A stretch of DNA of 64,000 bases from a virus, in IMG/VR virus record IMGVR_UViG_3300031452_000005. The stretch is one strand, 5' to 3'. The translations under genes were made by a program, and so were the position numbers. The notes below the pieces were generated by a model. That model did no database searches and was not told the origin of the DNA. It was given only the letters and a program-made list of their open reading frames with translations. Positions 9,865 through 17,911 of the stretch are shown one piece after another. How positions within the stretch are numbered: the stretch's first letter is position 1; each line of letters opens with the position of its first letter.

Positions 9865-12800
9865 ATGAGCGAGAACGAAAACGTCGGCATCGAACTGGGC
9901 GTGGACGCCGACGCCGCGCTCACCACGTTCCAGGAGTTGACAGCGGCGGCGCTCACGGCCGACGAGGCCATCCAGCAACTCAAGCAGCATCAGGTCGAAT
10001 TAGCGAACGCCATCCCCGGTAATCCCCAGGCGTCGTCCTACACCGAGGTGGCGACACGTTTCCAGCAGATGGACCCGTCGCTCATCCGCGACACGTATCC
10101 TGAGATCGCCCAGACACAAAATGCCCTCAATGCGCGGCGTACCGAGGTTCGGGCGCAGGCCATGGATTTCGTCGGCGCGAATCCCCAGGTCGCCGCGCAA
10201 CCGCTCCCCGACACGCTGGCCCAGTTCCAGCAGGCCATGGCCCAGCGGGAGCAGCAGCAGCAGGCCCAGCGGGAGCGGCAGGCCCAGCAGCAGGCGGCAG
10301 GTGTTATCCCCCCCGCGCGCTATGGTAGCGAGACGGCGCCCGTTCTAGCGCCCCCAGTCGCGACGGCGGGAGCGGCGCCGCAAGGACTGCCCACGGTCGG
10401 CCCCTCTGTCTCGCCGACGAACACGCCGCCATCCCTGCCAACGCCGACGCCGACGGGCGTCCCCGTGAGTGTCCCTCTCGCCACGACGGGCGATGAGCGC
10501 CTCGCGCAAGCCCTAACGGCGCACAGCCAACCCCCTGCCACGGCGACGGCAACCGCGACGCCTGATGCCACGACCGACGCTATGCCTGGCGCGACCACAG
10601 GCGCGGCGCCCCAGCCCATGCCGATACCCGTGGGCGTCCAGCCCGTCGCTCCTCTTGCCACCACGGGCGATGACCGCCTCGCGCAAGCGCTGACGACTCA
10701 GAACCAGCCAGCTGCGACGGCGCCCCCGGCAACAGCCGCCCCGGCCGATGTCGCGGGACCATTGCCAGAGACCTTTGAGGAATTGGCGGCGGCGGCCCGT
10801 GCCGCCGACACCCAACTCCAGGGACTCAAGCAGCGACTGCTCGATGCGTTCAACGCCATCCCCCGTGGGTCACAACCGGAGGCCGCGTCCTATGGTGAGG
10901 CGGTGGGGCGACTGCGGCAGATGGACCCGTCCGTCGTTCAGGAATTGCACCCTGATATCACTCGCACGCAGGGCGCCATCAACGCCCGGCGCGACGAACT
11001 CACCGGGCAGGTGAGCCACTTCGCCGCTGACAACCCCGAGGCCGCCGCTGAACCCCTGCCCGCGCAACAGGACATGCTCACGCGCTGGCAAGACCTGCTG
11101 CGGCAGCACAACGCGCAGCAGCAGGCCGCGACGGGGCCGGGACAGGGTGGCGGCGACGGACAGGGCGGCGACGACGCCTTGCCCAATGCGGGCGGCGCCA
11201 CATACTACCGCCAGAGCGCGCGCTCTGGCCCTTTCGTGCCCCCCGGCATGGAACGCCTGGCCCGCTTCGGCTACGACGCGACCCAGCAGATGGACGCCCA
11301 CGATGCACGCCAACGGTCGGGCCTGCCCGGCATCAACGGCGGCGGCAACAGTGGTAACGGCGGCGGCAACGGCAATGACACAACACAGCAGGACAGGACG
11401 GCCACCGTCCTGAGCGAACACATCGCGCAGGCGCTCACGCGCGGCGCGAGTGGCCTTGTCGCGGGCGGCATCCAGGGCGCGGCCAACGCGGCCGGTCTGG
11501 GCGCCACCGGCGATATTGTCGCCGGGTTAGCACGCCCTCTGATGGGTTTGATGGGTGAGGCCACGTTGCCCCTGGCCGCCGCCGCCGCTGTCGGTGGCGC
11601 GGCCCTTGGTGTGGGCGACCTCCAGGCCAAATATACCACTGATCGTCAGAGTTTGGCCGGATCTATCGGCACACGGAGCGGAGCCACGCCGGGCAGTGAG
11701 TTGTCAACGGCCATGCATGCCGGCTGGCCGTTCGATTTCAAGGAGGGGGAGAGCGCGGCGGCCGCACGCCAGTTAGGGCTGGCCGGTGTCGATTCGTCGC
11801 AGCTTGGGGGCGGGCTCGACGCGTCGATGGCCCTTGCGCGCCATGGCGGCATCGGGCTTGACCAGGCGACCAGCACCGTCGGCGGGCTTATGCAATCTGG
11901 GATGTCGGGCAATCAGGTCGCCGACTACCTCGCCACGCTCGACCAAGCCGCTCGGCAGACGGGGGTCTCCGTTACTCGACTTGCGGAAGGTGTGACGCAT
12001 CTCAACCAGGCGGCCGGCGTCGGGCAGATTAGCATCAACGGCCTGGCGGCGGCCCAGGCGCTCACGGACCGGACGGGGACCAAGATCGACATAGGGCAGG
12101 CTATGTCCGGCGCTATCGGCGCGACGGGCACGACAGCCCTCGCACAAGGCGCGTTGCTTGGCTTAAATCCGGCGCAATTCGAGACCGCGACCCAGAACCC
12201 TGCCGTGCTACTGGATAGTTATGCTAACCTTGCCCGCCGGTACGATGTCGGCACGGGCGGCGTCCAGGTCGCCCAGCAGGCGATGTCGGCGGCCGGCTTC
12301 GACTTCTCGAAGATGGACAGCCATCAAGCCGATGTGTTTACGCGCAAGTTGGTCGCGCAAGGCCCCCGCGCCGCGCAAGCCTACGAAGACAGCATCACCA
12401 AAAAGGAGCATGCTCCGGGAGCGCCGGGGCCGCACACAGGGGCCGATTATATCCAAGCCGGCAAGACGATCGCGGACGCCATCACGGGACCAACGGCCAA
12501 GCTGGGCATCGTGCTCGACGCGGGCGCGGCGGCCTTGGGTAACGCGGCGGGCGCAATCAATCGAGCGGTGGCGCGCTCCGATCCGCGTTACGGCCTGAAT
12601 GGAACGGACACCAGCGCCGGCCCGAACCCCTACCATATCCAGCCGACGCGGCCTCTACAGGGGGACAACACGGTCCCCTTAGCGCCCCTCTCCCCCTACG
12701 ATCTTGGTATCCATACCATTGGGTCAGCACCAGCGCCGACGCCCCCTGGCTTCGTGCCCAACCTGCCCGGCTTGGTAGCGGCCCAATATCAAGGGTTGCA

Positions 12801-13434
12801 AGTGCCCAATCTCGCGGGCAGCGAACAATACGCGTCGCCTGCCATCGTCAACGACATCGTGTCAGCGGCGCGTGCGGATAAGCTTTCTCCTGGGCCGATG
12901 TTGGCCCAGGCGGCGCAAGAATCGGGCTTCAATCCCAATAATCGGGCGAAAGACGGAGGGACGGGGCTTTTTCAATTCACGGACCCAGCCGTAAGTCGGG
13001 AATATTTAGGGCAAGCATCCCATGAGTTGCATCGCACGATGCCGTCTGACTGGCATCAAGCCGCTCTCGACCCGCAGGTTGCGTCACGCGCCGCCGCCGA
13101 CTACGACAAAGCCTTACTGCAAGGCACGCACGGCAACTGGGCGAAGGCGGCGGCTCAGTTTAACGCGGGGCCACATGGCTGGGATCTGACGAACAAGCCG
13201 GGGCAGGGCCAGATGTACGGCATCGGTGTCGCGGGCAATGGCGAAACGGTCCAGCATCAACTCGCCATTAGCGTGACGGTGCAAGACCAAAATGGCAATA
13301 AGGTGGGGCAAACCAAGACGCAGCACAACATCAATACGTCGAAGAAGGTGGTCGCCGCGCAAAGTTATGGTCCGCAAGATAACTCATCACCCACGGTGGG
13401 CTTGCCCCTTGGCTTGCCTGCCCGTATCAAGTAG
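9865..13434 (+). CDS. tape measure protein with C-terminal lytic transglycosylase (SLT/GH23-like) domain
   Basis: ATGA overlap with GT stop; long Ala/Gly/Gln-rich body; QESGFNP...GLFQF...AQFNAG transglycosylase motifs. Confidence 0.88.
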   Translation: MSENENVGIELGVDADAALTTFQELTAAALTADEAIQQLKQHQVELANAIPGNPQASSYTEVATRFQQMDPSLIRDTYPEIAQTQNALNARRTEVRAQAMDFVGANPQVAAQPLPDTLAQFQQAMAQREQQQQAQRERQAQQQAAGVIPPARYGSETAPVLAPPVATAGAAPQGLPTVGPSVSPTNTPPSLPTPTPTGVPVSVPLATTGDERLAQALTAHSQPPATATATATPDATTDAMPGATTGAAPQPMPIPVGVQPVAPLATTGDDRLAQALTTQNQPAATAPPATAAPADVAGPLPETFEELAAAARAADTQLQGLKQRLLDAFNAIPRGSQPEAASYGEAVGRLRQMDPSVVQELHPDITRTQGAINARRDELTGQVSHFAADNPEAAAEPLPAQQDMLTRWQDLLRQHNAQQQAATGPGQGGGDGQGGDDALPNAGGATYYRQSARSGPFVPPGMERLARFGYDATQQMDAHDARQRSGLPGINGGGNSGNGGGNGNDTTQQDRTATVLSEHIAQALTRGASGLVAGGIQGAANAAGLGATGDIVAGLARPLMGLMGEATLPLAAAAAVGGAALGVGDLQAKYTTDRQSLAGSIGTRSGATPGSELSTAMHAGWPFDFKEGESAAAARQLGLAGVDSSQLGGGLDASMALARHGGIGLDQATSTVGGLMQSGMSGNQVADYLATLDQAARQTGVSVTRLAEGVTHLNQAAGVGQISINGLAAAQALTDRTGTKIDIGQAMSGAIGATGTTALAQGALLGLNPAQFETATQNPAVLLDSYANLARRYDVGTGGVQVAQQAMSAAGFDFSKMDSHQADVFTRKLVAQGPRAAQAYEDSITKKEHAPGAPGPHTGADYIQAGKTIADAITGPTAKLGIVLDAGAAALGNAAGAINRAVARSDPRYGLNGTDTSAGPNPYHIQPTRPLQGDNTVPLAPLSPYDLGIHTIGSAPAPTPPGFVPNLPGLVAAQYQGLQVPNLAGSEQYASPAIVNDIVSAARADKLSPGPMLAQAAQESGFNPNNRAKDGGTGLFQFTDPAVSREYLGQASHELHRTMPSDWHQAALDPQVASRAAADYDKALLQGTHGNWAKAAAQFNAGPHGWDLTNKPGQGQMYGIGVAGNGETVQHQLAISVTVQDQNGNKVGQTKTQHNINTSKKVVAAQSYGPQDNSSPTVGLPLGLPARIK

Positions 13435-13448
13435 CTACGAAGTGGCGG

Positions 13449-13937
13449 CTAGAAACTGGGCGGGGCCGATGTTCCGCCGATATGGGCTATCGTCGTCAAA
13501 AAGGCGTGCAGGGCGGTTAGATACGATTGGCTATCACGTTGCACATCTAAGGATGTGAGAATGTCCCCTTGCGCTGTCAGTGACGCTTGTTCATCAATCG
13601 TCATAGCAAGCGCGGCGTTAATCGTTTGTTGAGCTTGCTGTATGGCGGGCATGAGTGATGTTGCATCTGTGGATGAAAGAGACGTAAGCGTTTTAGCGGA
13701 TGATGAACAAATACCTTCTTGACTCTGAAGGGCAAGTGACACGACGCCTGCTGTTTGCATATGCTGATCACTTGTATGCGCTATAGCGACGACACAATAA
13801 TTTGTTGTGTGTATGAGCGTGAGTGCCTGTGCATGTACCGATGGGCGTGCAGGTTGTAGCGCAACGACGATAATCCAGCCCATGATAACAATGATGATCC
13901 CAATGAATATCCATCCAACTGCCCGCATATAGACCAT
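13449..13937 (-). CDS. membrane-anchored hypothetical protein (162 aa)
   Basis: GAGGGAGGGG RBS; N-terminal hydrophobic helix WIFIGIIIVIMGWIIVVAL; lower GC. Confidence 0.6.
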   Translation of the reverse strand: MVYMRAVGWIFIGIIIVIMGWIIVVALQPARPSVHAQALTLIHTTNYCVVAIAHTSDQHMQTAGVVSLALQSQEGICSSSAKTLTSLSSTDATSLMPAIQQAQQTINAALAMTIDEQASLTAQGDILTSLDVQRDSQSYLTALHAFLTTIAHIGGTSAPPSF

Positions 13938-13992
13938 AGTACCCCTCCCTCTACGCGCACTAGTGTAGAGGGAGAAAGCCAGTGAGGTCAAG

Positions 13993-15240
13993 TTAGAGTG
14001 GCAACGCGAGTTGTTCGCAAGGTGTCTGTTTATTTTCGCGCTTACGCTCGTGAGCGGCTTTAACCGCAGCGATTCGTTTCTCTTGAAAAGCAGGATCAGC
14101 CAATTTCGCTTTGAGCCGTTCAATCCTCTTTGCTTCAACTATGGGGTCGTTTCGCAGTTTCGTCATTGCCGCTCTCAACGTATCCTTATCTTCGGCGGTT
14201 AAGACGCGGTTATTGTTTTGGTGACCGCGTATGTACGTGCGCTTATAGCCTTTCGGTCCTCGCGCATTCATTAAGGTGTTACACGCACATGCACACAAGA
14301 TTTGCTCTGGTGGCAGTTTCGCCCTCTCGGCCTTTAACGTAGCATTACGCGCTTGGTGCGCTGCCGCTATCTTGGCCCGTGTTTTAATTAAATGATGAAC
14401 ATCGCCGCTTGCGCGTCTTTTGGTCCATTCATCTTTTAAGCGTTCGCTGCACTTCTGGCGAAACTCTGGGGTCTGCGATGCGGCCTTCACTTTTGCTAGA
14501 GTTTCATCGGAGCGGGCGCGCATTGCTTTGCTGATATTGCGCCGCGCCTCACCAGATACGACAAAGCCTTGTTCGCGTCTCAAGTCCGCTCTTTCTTTTG
14601 CGGCGACGCACAAGCGTGCACGAGTTTCTTCGCTGATAGGTGCAATACCACCATTAGCGCGTCGCCATTCATATGATGCCTTAGCTGATGCAGACATTTT
14701 GGCTCTCACATCTGGATTGGATTTGATGGCGTTGTTGCCTGCCTTGGATATTCTTTCCCTATCTTCAACACTTATATGGGATGCGCCTAAAAGGGCTCTT
14801 TGGCGTCGGGCTTCCGGCGTCATGGCAAGGTAAGCGGCACGCATGTTTGATCGCCCTTGCTCGCTTATAGGCTTACCCCTCTTTGCGTCAGCACTCCTCT
14901 TGACGACTTCGGGTGGTTGCTTGAAGCCAAGAGCACCTTCACCGCCATCTGTATGGTTGGTTATATTAACGCCGATGGAGCGAAAATAGGCGATGAGGCG
15001 TTTTCCCTCAACGCACGCGGCTGTATTGTTAGGCCACTTTACCAACCCCGTAAGAATAGGCTTCGCTCCTTGGGCCATCAGGCGCTTTATCCAACGGTAT
15101 TTTCGTGTTCTGCTCTCATGCTCATATAAGCGACAATGCTGCCAGTAACGATGCTGAGGATTAAGAGCTTTGCCGACATACCTGATGTCGAGTGTAAAAG
15201 GGTCTTGAAGTAAATAGGTCCATACAGGCTTTGTTGTCAT
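13993..15240 (-). CDS. GIY-YIG homing endonuclease with NUMOD3-like repeats
   Basis: WTYLLQDP...RYVGKA...RYWQH...VEGKRL...ITNHTDGGEG; GGAGG RBS before ATG 15240; related to 7736..8929. Confidence 0.88.
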   Translation of the reverse strand: MTTKPVWTYLLQDPFTLDIRYVGKALNPQHRYWQHCRLYEHESRTRKYRWIKRLMAQGAKPILTGLVKWPNNTAACVEGKRLIAYFRSIGVNITNHTDGGEGALGFKQPPEVVKRSADAKRGKPISEQGRSNMRAAYLAMTPEARRQRALLGASHISVEDRERISKAGNNAIKSNPDVRAKMSASAKASYEWRRANGGIAPISEETRARLCVAAKERADLRREQGFVVSGEARRNISKAMRARSDETLAKVKAASQTPEFRQKCSERLKDEWTKRRASGDVHHLIKTRAKIAAAHQARNATLKAERAKLPPEQILCACACNTLMNARGPKGYKRTYIRGHQNNNRVLTAEDKDTLRAAMTKLRNDPIVEAKRIERLKAKLADPAFQEKRIAAVKAAHERKRENKQTPCEQLALPL

Positions 15241-15312
15241 CTCAACCTCCATGCGTGATGGCTGGCAACTCTACATTGCCAGCCATCCATCTAGTACTCG
15301 CACGCGCTCCAT

Positions 15313-15525
15313 CTAGCGCGGTAACTGCCTTGCTTCAACAGTACTCGGAACAAACGTCAGCCGTGTCAGCGTGATGCTCTCCGGCCCGATGGTCTTGTTG
15401 TCGCGCAGGCGATACACGTCGGCGTAGCCATTGTCGTCTGGGAGAAGATAGGGCGGGTCGGGCGAGAACATTTCACCGCTATGGATGTAGTCGAGCGGCG
15501 GGCGATGCGGTATAGTCGGTGTCAC
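15313..15525 (-). CDS. hypothetical protein
   Basis: 70 aa, GTG start overlapping upstream stop, GGGAGG RBS. Confidence 0.55.
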   Translation of the reverse strand: MTPTIPHRPPLDYIHSGEMFSPDPPYLLPDDNGYADVYRLRDNKTIGPESITLTRLTFVPSTVEARQLPR

Positions 15526-15815
15526 GATGCGCCTCCCTGTCGATCCACCATGGCCGCTTTGGAATACTCACGCGCGTAGGCCCTGATGTGATCCGACAGG
15601 CGATAGAGCATTGCCGCGTAGGCCATGGAGTCCATGGAAGCGGGACCGGTCGCCCCCTCCGCTTGTATATGGCCCCGCACATCAACCTGACCGAGCGGCG
15701 CGGCCAGGTCGCCGGCCACCGTCACCATGAACGACTCACGACGCGCATGAGTGATCTGAAATGACTCTACGGCGGGGCCGCGCTTGACCGAGGATGTGTG
15801 TGGTTGTGCGACCAT
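15522..15815 (-). CDS. hypothetical protein, paralogue of 15817..16119
   Basis: GGGGAGG RBS; shares APLGQ(V/I)xVR...Y..(ML/AL)....DH...YA with neighbour. Confidence 0.6.
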   Translation of the reverse strand: MVAQPHTSSVKRGPAVESFQITHARRESFMVTVAGDLAAPLGQVDVRGHIQAEGATGPASMDSMAYAAMLYRLSDHIRAYAREYSKAAMVDRQGGAS

Positions 15816-15816
15816 G

Positions 15817-16119
15817 TTACACCTCCCCGTCAAGCGAGGCGGCAAAGTCGCAGTCGCCCGCATAGACTTCCAGGTGATCCGCGAAGATACGTAGCGCGTT
15901 GACGTACTCTGTAGGGTCGATAGTGGCAGGTGCCAACGGTCCACGCTCCAGGCGTACCTTAATCTGACCGAGCGGGGCATCAGCCGCCGCGATCACCGTC
16001 AGCTTCATGTCATGGATGGGGTCAATGTCAATGCGGTCCACGAAAACGGGATAGAGGCGCGGCGTTGTGGCGCGATTGGTACGTAATGGTACAGTGTAGG
16101 GTCTCTGTGCTATACTCAT
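15817..16119 (-). CDS. hypothetical protein, paralogue of 15522..15815
   Basis: GAGGAG RBS before ATG 16119; shared motif as above. Confidence 0.6.
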   Translation of the reverse strand: MSIAQRPYTVPLRTNRATTPRLYPVFVDRIDIDPIHDMKLTVIAAADAPLGQIKVRLERGPLAPATIDPTEYVNALRIFADHLEVYAGDCDFAASLDGEV

Positions 16120-16221
16120 AACTGAATGGCTCCTCACGGGGCTATATAGCCTACACATCGCTCCCGCAAAGACGAGATGTGTAGGCTTCTTCATTGGAAG
16201 GCAACTTACCTACCTGCTCAA

Positions 16222-16250
16222 AGTATAGCTTTGTAAAGCTATACTGTCAA
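16222..16250 (-). promoter_or_regulatory. sigma70-type promoter overlapped by palindromic operator
   Basis: Minus strand TTGACA-17 nt-TATACT; perfect 11-bp inverted repeat AGTATAGCTTT-GT-AAAGCTATACT (16222-16245). Confidence 0.8.
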
Positions 16251-16265
16251 GGGAGGGTAGAATTG

Positions 16266-16541
16266 ATGATGAGTGTCGCGGATCGGTTCATACCGCATAT
16301 CGAGAAAGTGGATATTGAGTACTTCGCGCTAGATGAAGCAGCTAGGCGCGCTGGTTATAAATCAACAAGCACGTTACAGGCGGCAGCACGAAGCGGTCGC
16401 CTGCGAACGCTTATGGGCGCCGGCAAACCGCCCTATTTAACTTCTCAGCCTTGGCTAGATGACTACCTTGCTGGCTTGCGGTTCAACACGCAGTTCCGGG
16501 GCAAGCCGCGCGGGACCGAAGATGATGAGGTGATGGAGTGA
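16266..16541 (+). CDS. excisionase-type (HTH_17-like) DNA-binding protein
   Basis: FALDEAARRAGYKSTSTLQAAARSGRL winged-helix pattern; divergent from the promoter. Confidence 0.7.
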   Translation: MMSVADRFIPHIEKVDIEYFALDEAARRAGYKSTSTLQAAARSGRLRTLMGAGKPPYLTSQPWLDDYLAGLRFNTQFRGKPRGTEDDEVME

Positions 16542-16554
16542 TGGGGGCGACGCT

Positions 16555-16980
16555 GTGAGCGATAACGATGTCCTACTCTCGGGCATTCTGCTCACCGACC
16601 CTGTGACCGAAGAAACAGACGAGGGCGTGGCTACCACTTTCACGATGACAGGCGGTCGAGTTGCCCTCGATCCGAACAAGGCAACAGAGCATGCTCAAAC
16701 CGTGACCCAACAGAGTGTAGATCATGCCTATAGAAACCTTGAAGCAGCGAGGGCGTCTGGTCATACATACAGCGTCGTCGTTCCTGACGTTGCGGGTGAG
16801 TTTACTCTTTTCTATTTGCGAAGGGGGCGATCCGTGACTGTTTTAGGGGCAGTAGATGCGACCACTCAGAAGGTGACAGGCGTGCGCCTTGTCAACAGCA
16901 CGCTATTCCTTGCTTTTTTAGATGACGATGAAAAATGGCGTGTTGTCCCATTGCAAGGAGCTGATGCTTTTGAGCAATAA
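16555..16980 (+). CDS. SSB-like OB-fold protein
   Basis: NDVLLSGILLTDP...EGVATTFT...YSVVVP..AGE....LRRGRSVTVLG follows the SSB strand pattern; no acidic DDDIPF tail. Confidence 0.5.
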   Translation: MSDNDVLLSGILLTDPVTEETDEGVATTFTMTGGRVALDPNKATEHAQTVTQQSVDHAYRNLEAARASGHTYSVVVPDVAGEFTLFYLRRGRSVTVLGAVDATTQKVTGVRLVNSTLFLAFLDDDEKWRVVPLQGADAFEQ

Positions 16981-17101
16981 GCAGGCGTCAGCGCGTCGCC
17001 TGGGGCCGCGTGCCATTATGACCACGCAAGCCTGGCTAGACGACTACCTCGCAGGACGCTGGGAGCGCAAGCCCAAAGAGGGCAGCGATGAACCTGCCTA
17101 A
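16979..17101 (+). pseudogene. C-terminal remnant of a second HTH gene
   Basis: ARRLGPRAIMTTQAWLDDYLAGRWERKPKEG* matches LTSQPWLDDYLAG...GKPRG of 16266..16541, also at DNA level; helix-turn-helix half missing. Confidence 0.6.
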
Positions 17102-17127
17102 CTCCTATCTAAAGACCAATTCTCTCT

Positions 17128-17161
17128 AACCCCGCTGGCTGTGCCAAGCGGGGTTCTTCTT
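17128..17161 (+). terminator. probable intrinsic terminator
   Basis: AACCCCGC-TGGC-TGT-GCCA-A-GCGGGGTT followed by CTTCTT. Confidence 0.5.
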
Positions 17162-17180
17162 GGCCCGCGAGGTACTGTGC

Positions 17181-17678
17181 ATGGCCCAATTGACCGAGGC
17201 GCAACGCCTTTATCGCTTCGTGGAAAAGGCCAAAAAAGAGACGCGCAAGGCGTTCCTCGTCACAGAGGGCGCCGCGACAATTTTCAGGATAAACCCCCAG
17301 CAGTTCCACAACACGGGCGAGGCCGTCCAGATGGACGTGCAAACGCTCGACGGCTTCGGCCTGGTGGACTTCGGCGTCAAACCCAACGTGATGACCATGC
17401 AGGGCTTCACCGGCCTCGACGGGCGGGATGGTCCTGGCGGGCTGTACGCGCTGGAACGCTTCCGCCCGCTGCTGGGGCGGCGCAACAAGATGATCCTGTT
17501 CGGGTTCCCTGCCCGCTTCGAGGGCGTGCGCTACTGCTACCTGCGCACCTTTACGGACAGCATTAGCATCGACAAGCACTTGTACTTCCAATATGATATT
17601 CAGTTGGTGGAATATGGCCCCCATGTGAATGCTCCAGCCGTGCGCGTGCCGTCCGGCTTTTCGCCCCTTGTGTCGTAG
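17181..17678 (+). CDS. baseplate/tail tube initiator-type protein
   Basis: IFRINPQQF...VQTLDGFGLVDFG...FQYDIQLVE pattern; usual position after the tape measure gene. Confidence 0.6.
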   Translation: MAQLTEAQRLYRFVEKAKKETRKAFLVTEGAATIFRINPQQFHNTGEAVQMDVQTLDGFGLVDFGVKPNVMTMQGFTGLDGRDGPGGLYALERFRPLLGRRNKMILFGFPARFEGVRYCYLRTFTDSISIDKHLYFQYDIQLVEYGPHVNAPAVRVPSGFSPLVS

Positions 17679-17690
17679 GAGTCGCGACCG

Positions 17691-17882
17691 ATGAACACGT
17701 CGCGCTATGTCTGGCAGGTGCACGATACGCTGGTGGGCGTCGCGGGGGCGCAACTGGCCCCATCGGGCTATGATGACGTGTACACGCTGATGAACGACAT
17801 ATATGCCGCCAATCCGACGGTCATAGACTATTTCGCCATCCCTGCGGGGACGGTTATCCTCATCCCATACAAATCGTCGTAG
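17691..17882 (+). CDS. LysM-like tail protein (P2 gpX-like)
   Basis: Y..QVHDTLVGVA...IYAANP.V.D...IPAGTVILIP LysM pattern. Confidence 0.7.
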   Translation: MNTSRYVWQVHDTLVGVAGAQLAPSGYDDVYTLMNDIYAANPTVIDYFAIPAGTVILIPYKSS

Positions 17883-17911
17883 TCTGAGGCATGCGCGCGT
17901 GAGGTTGAGGC

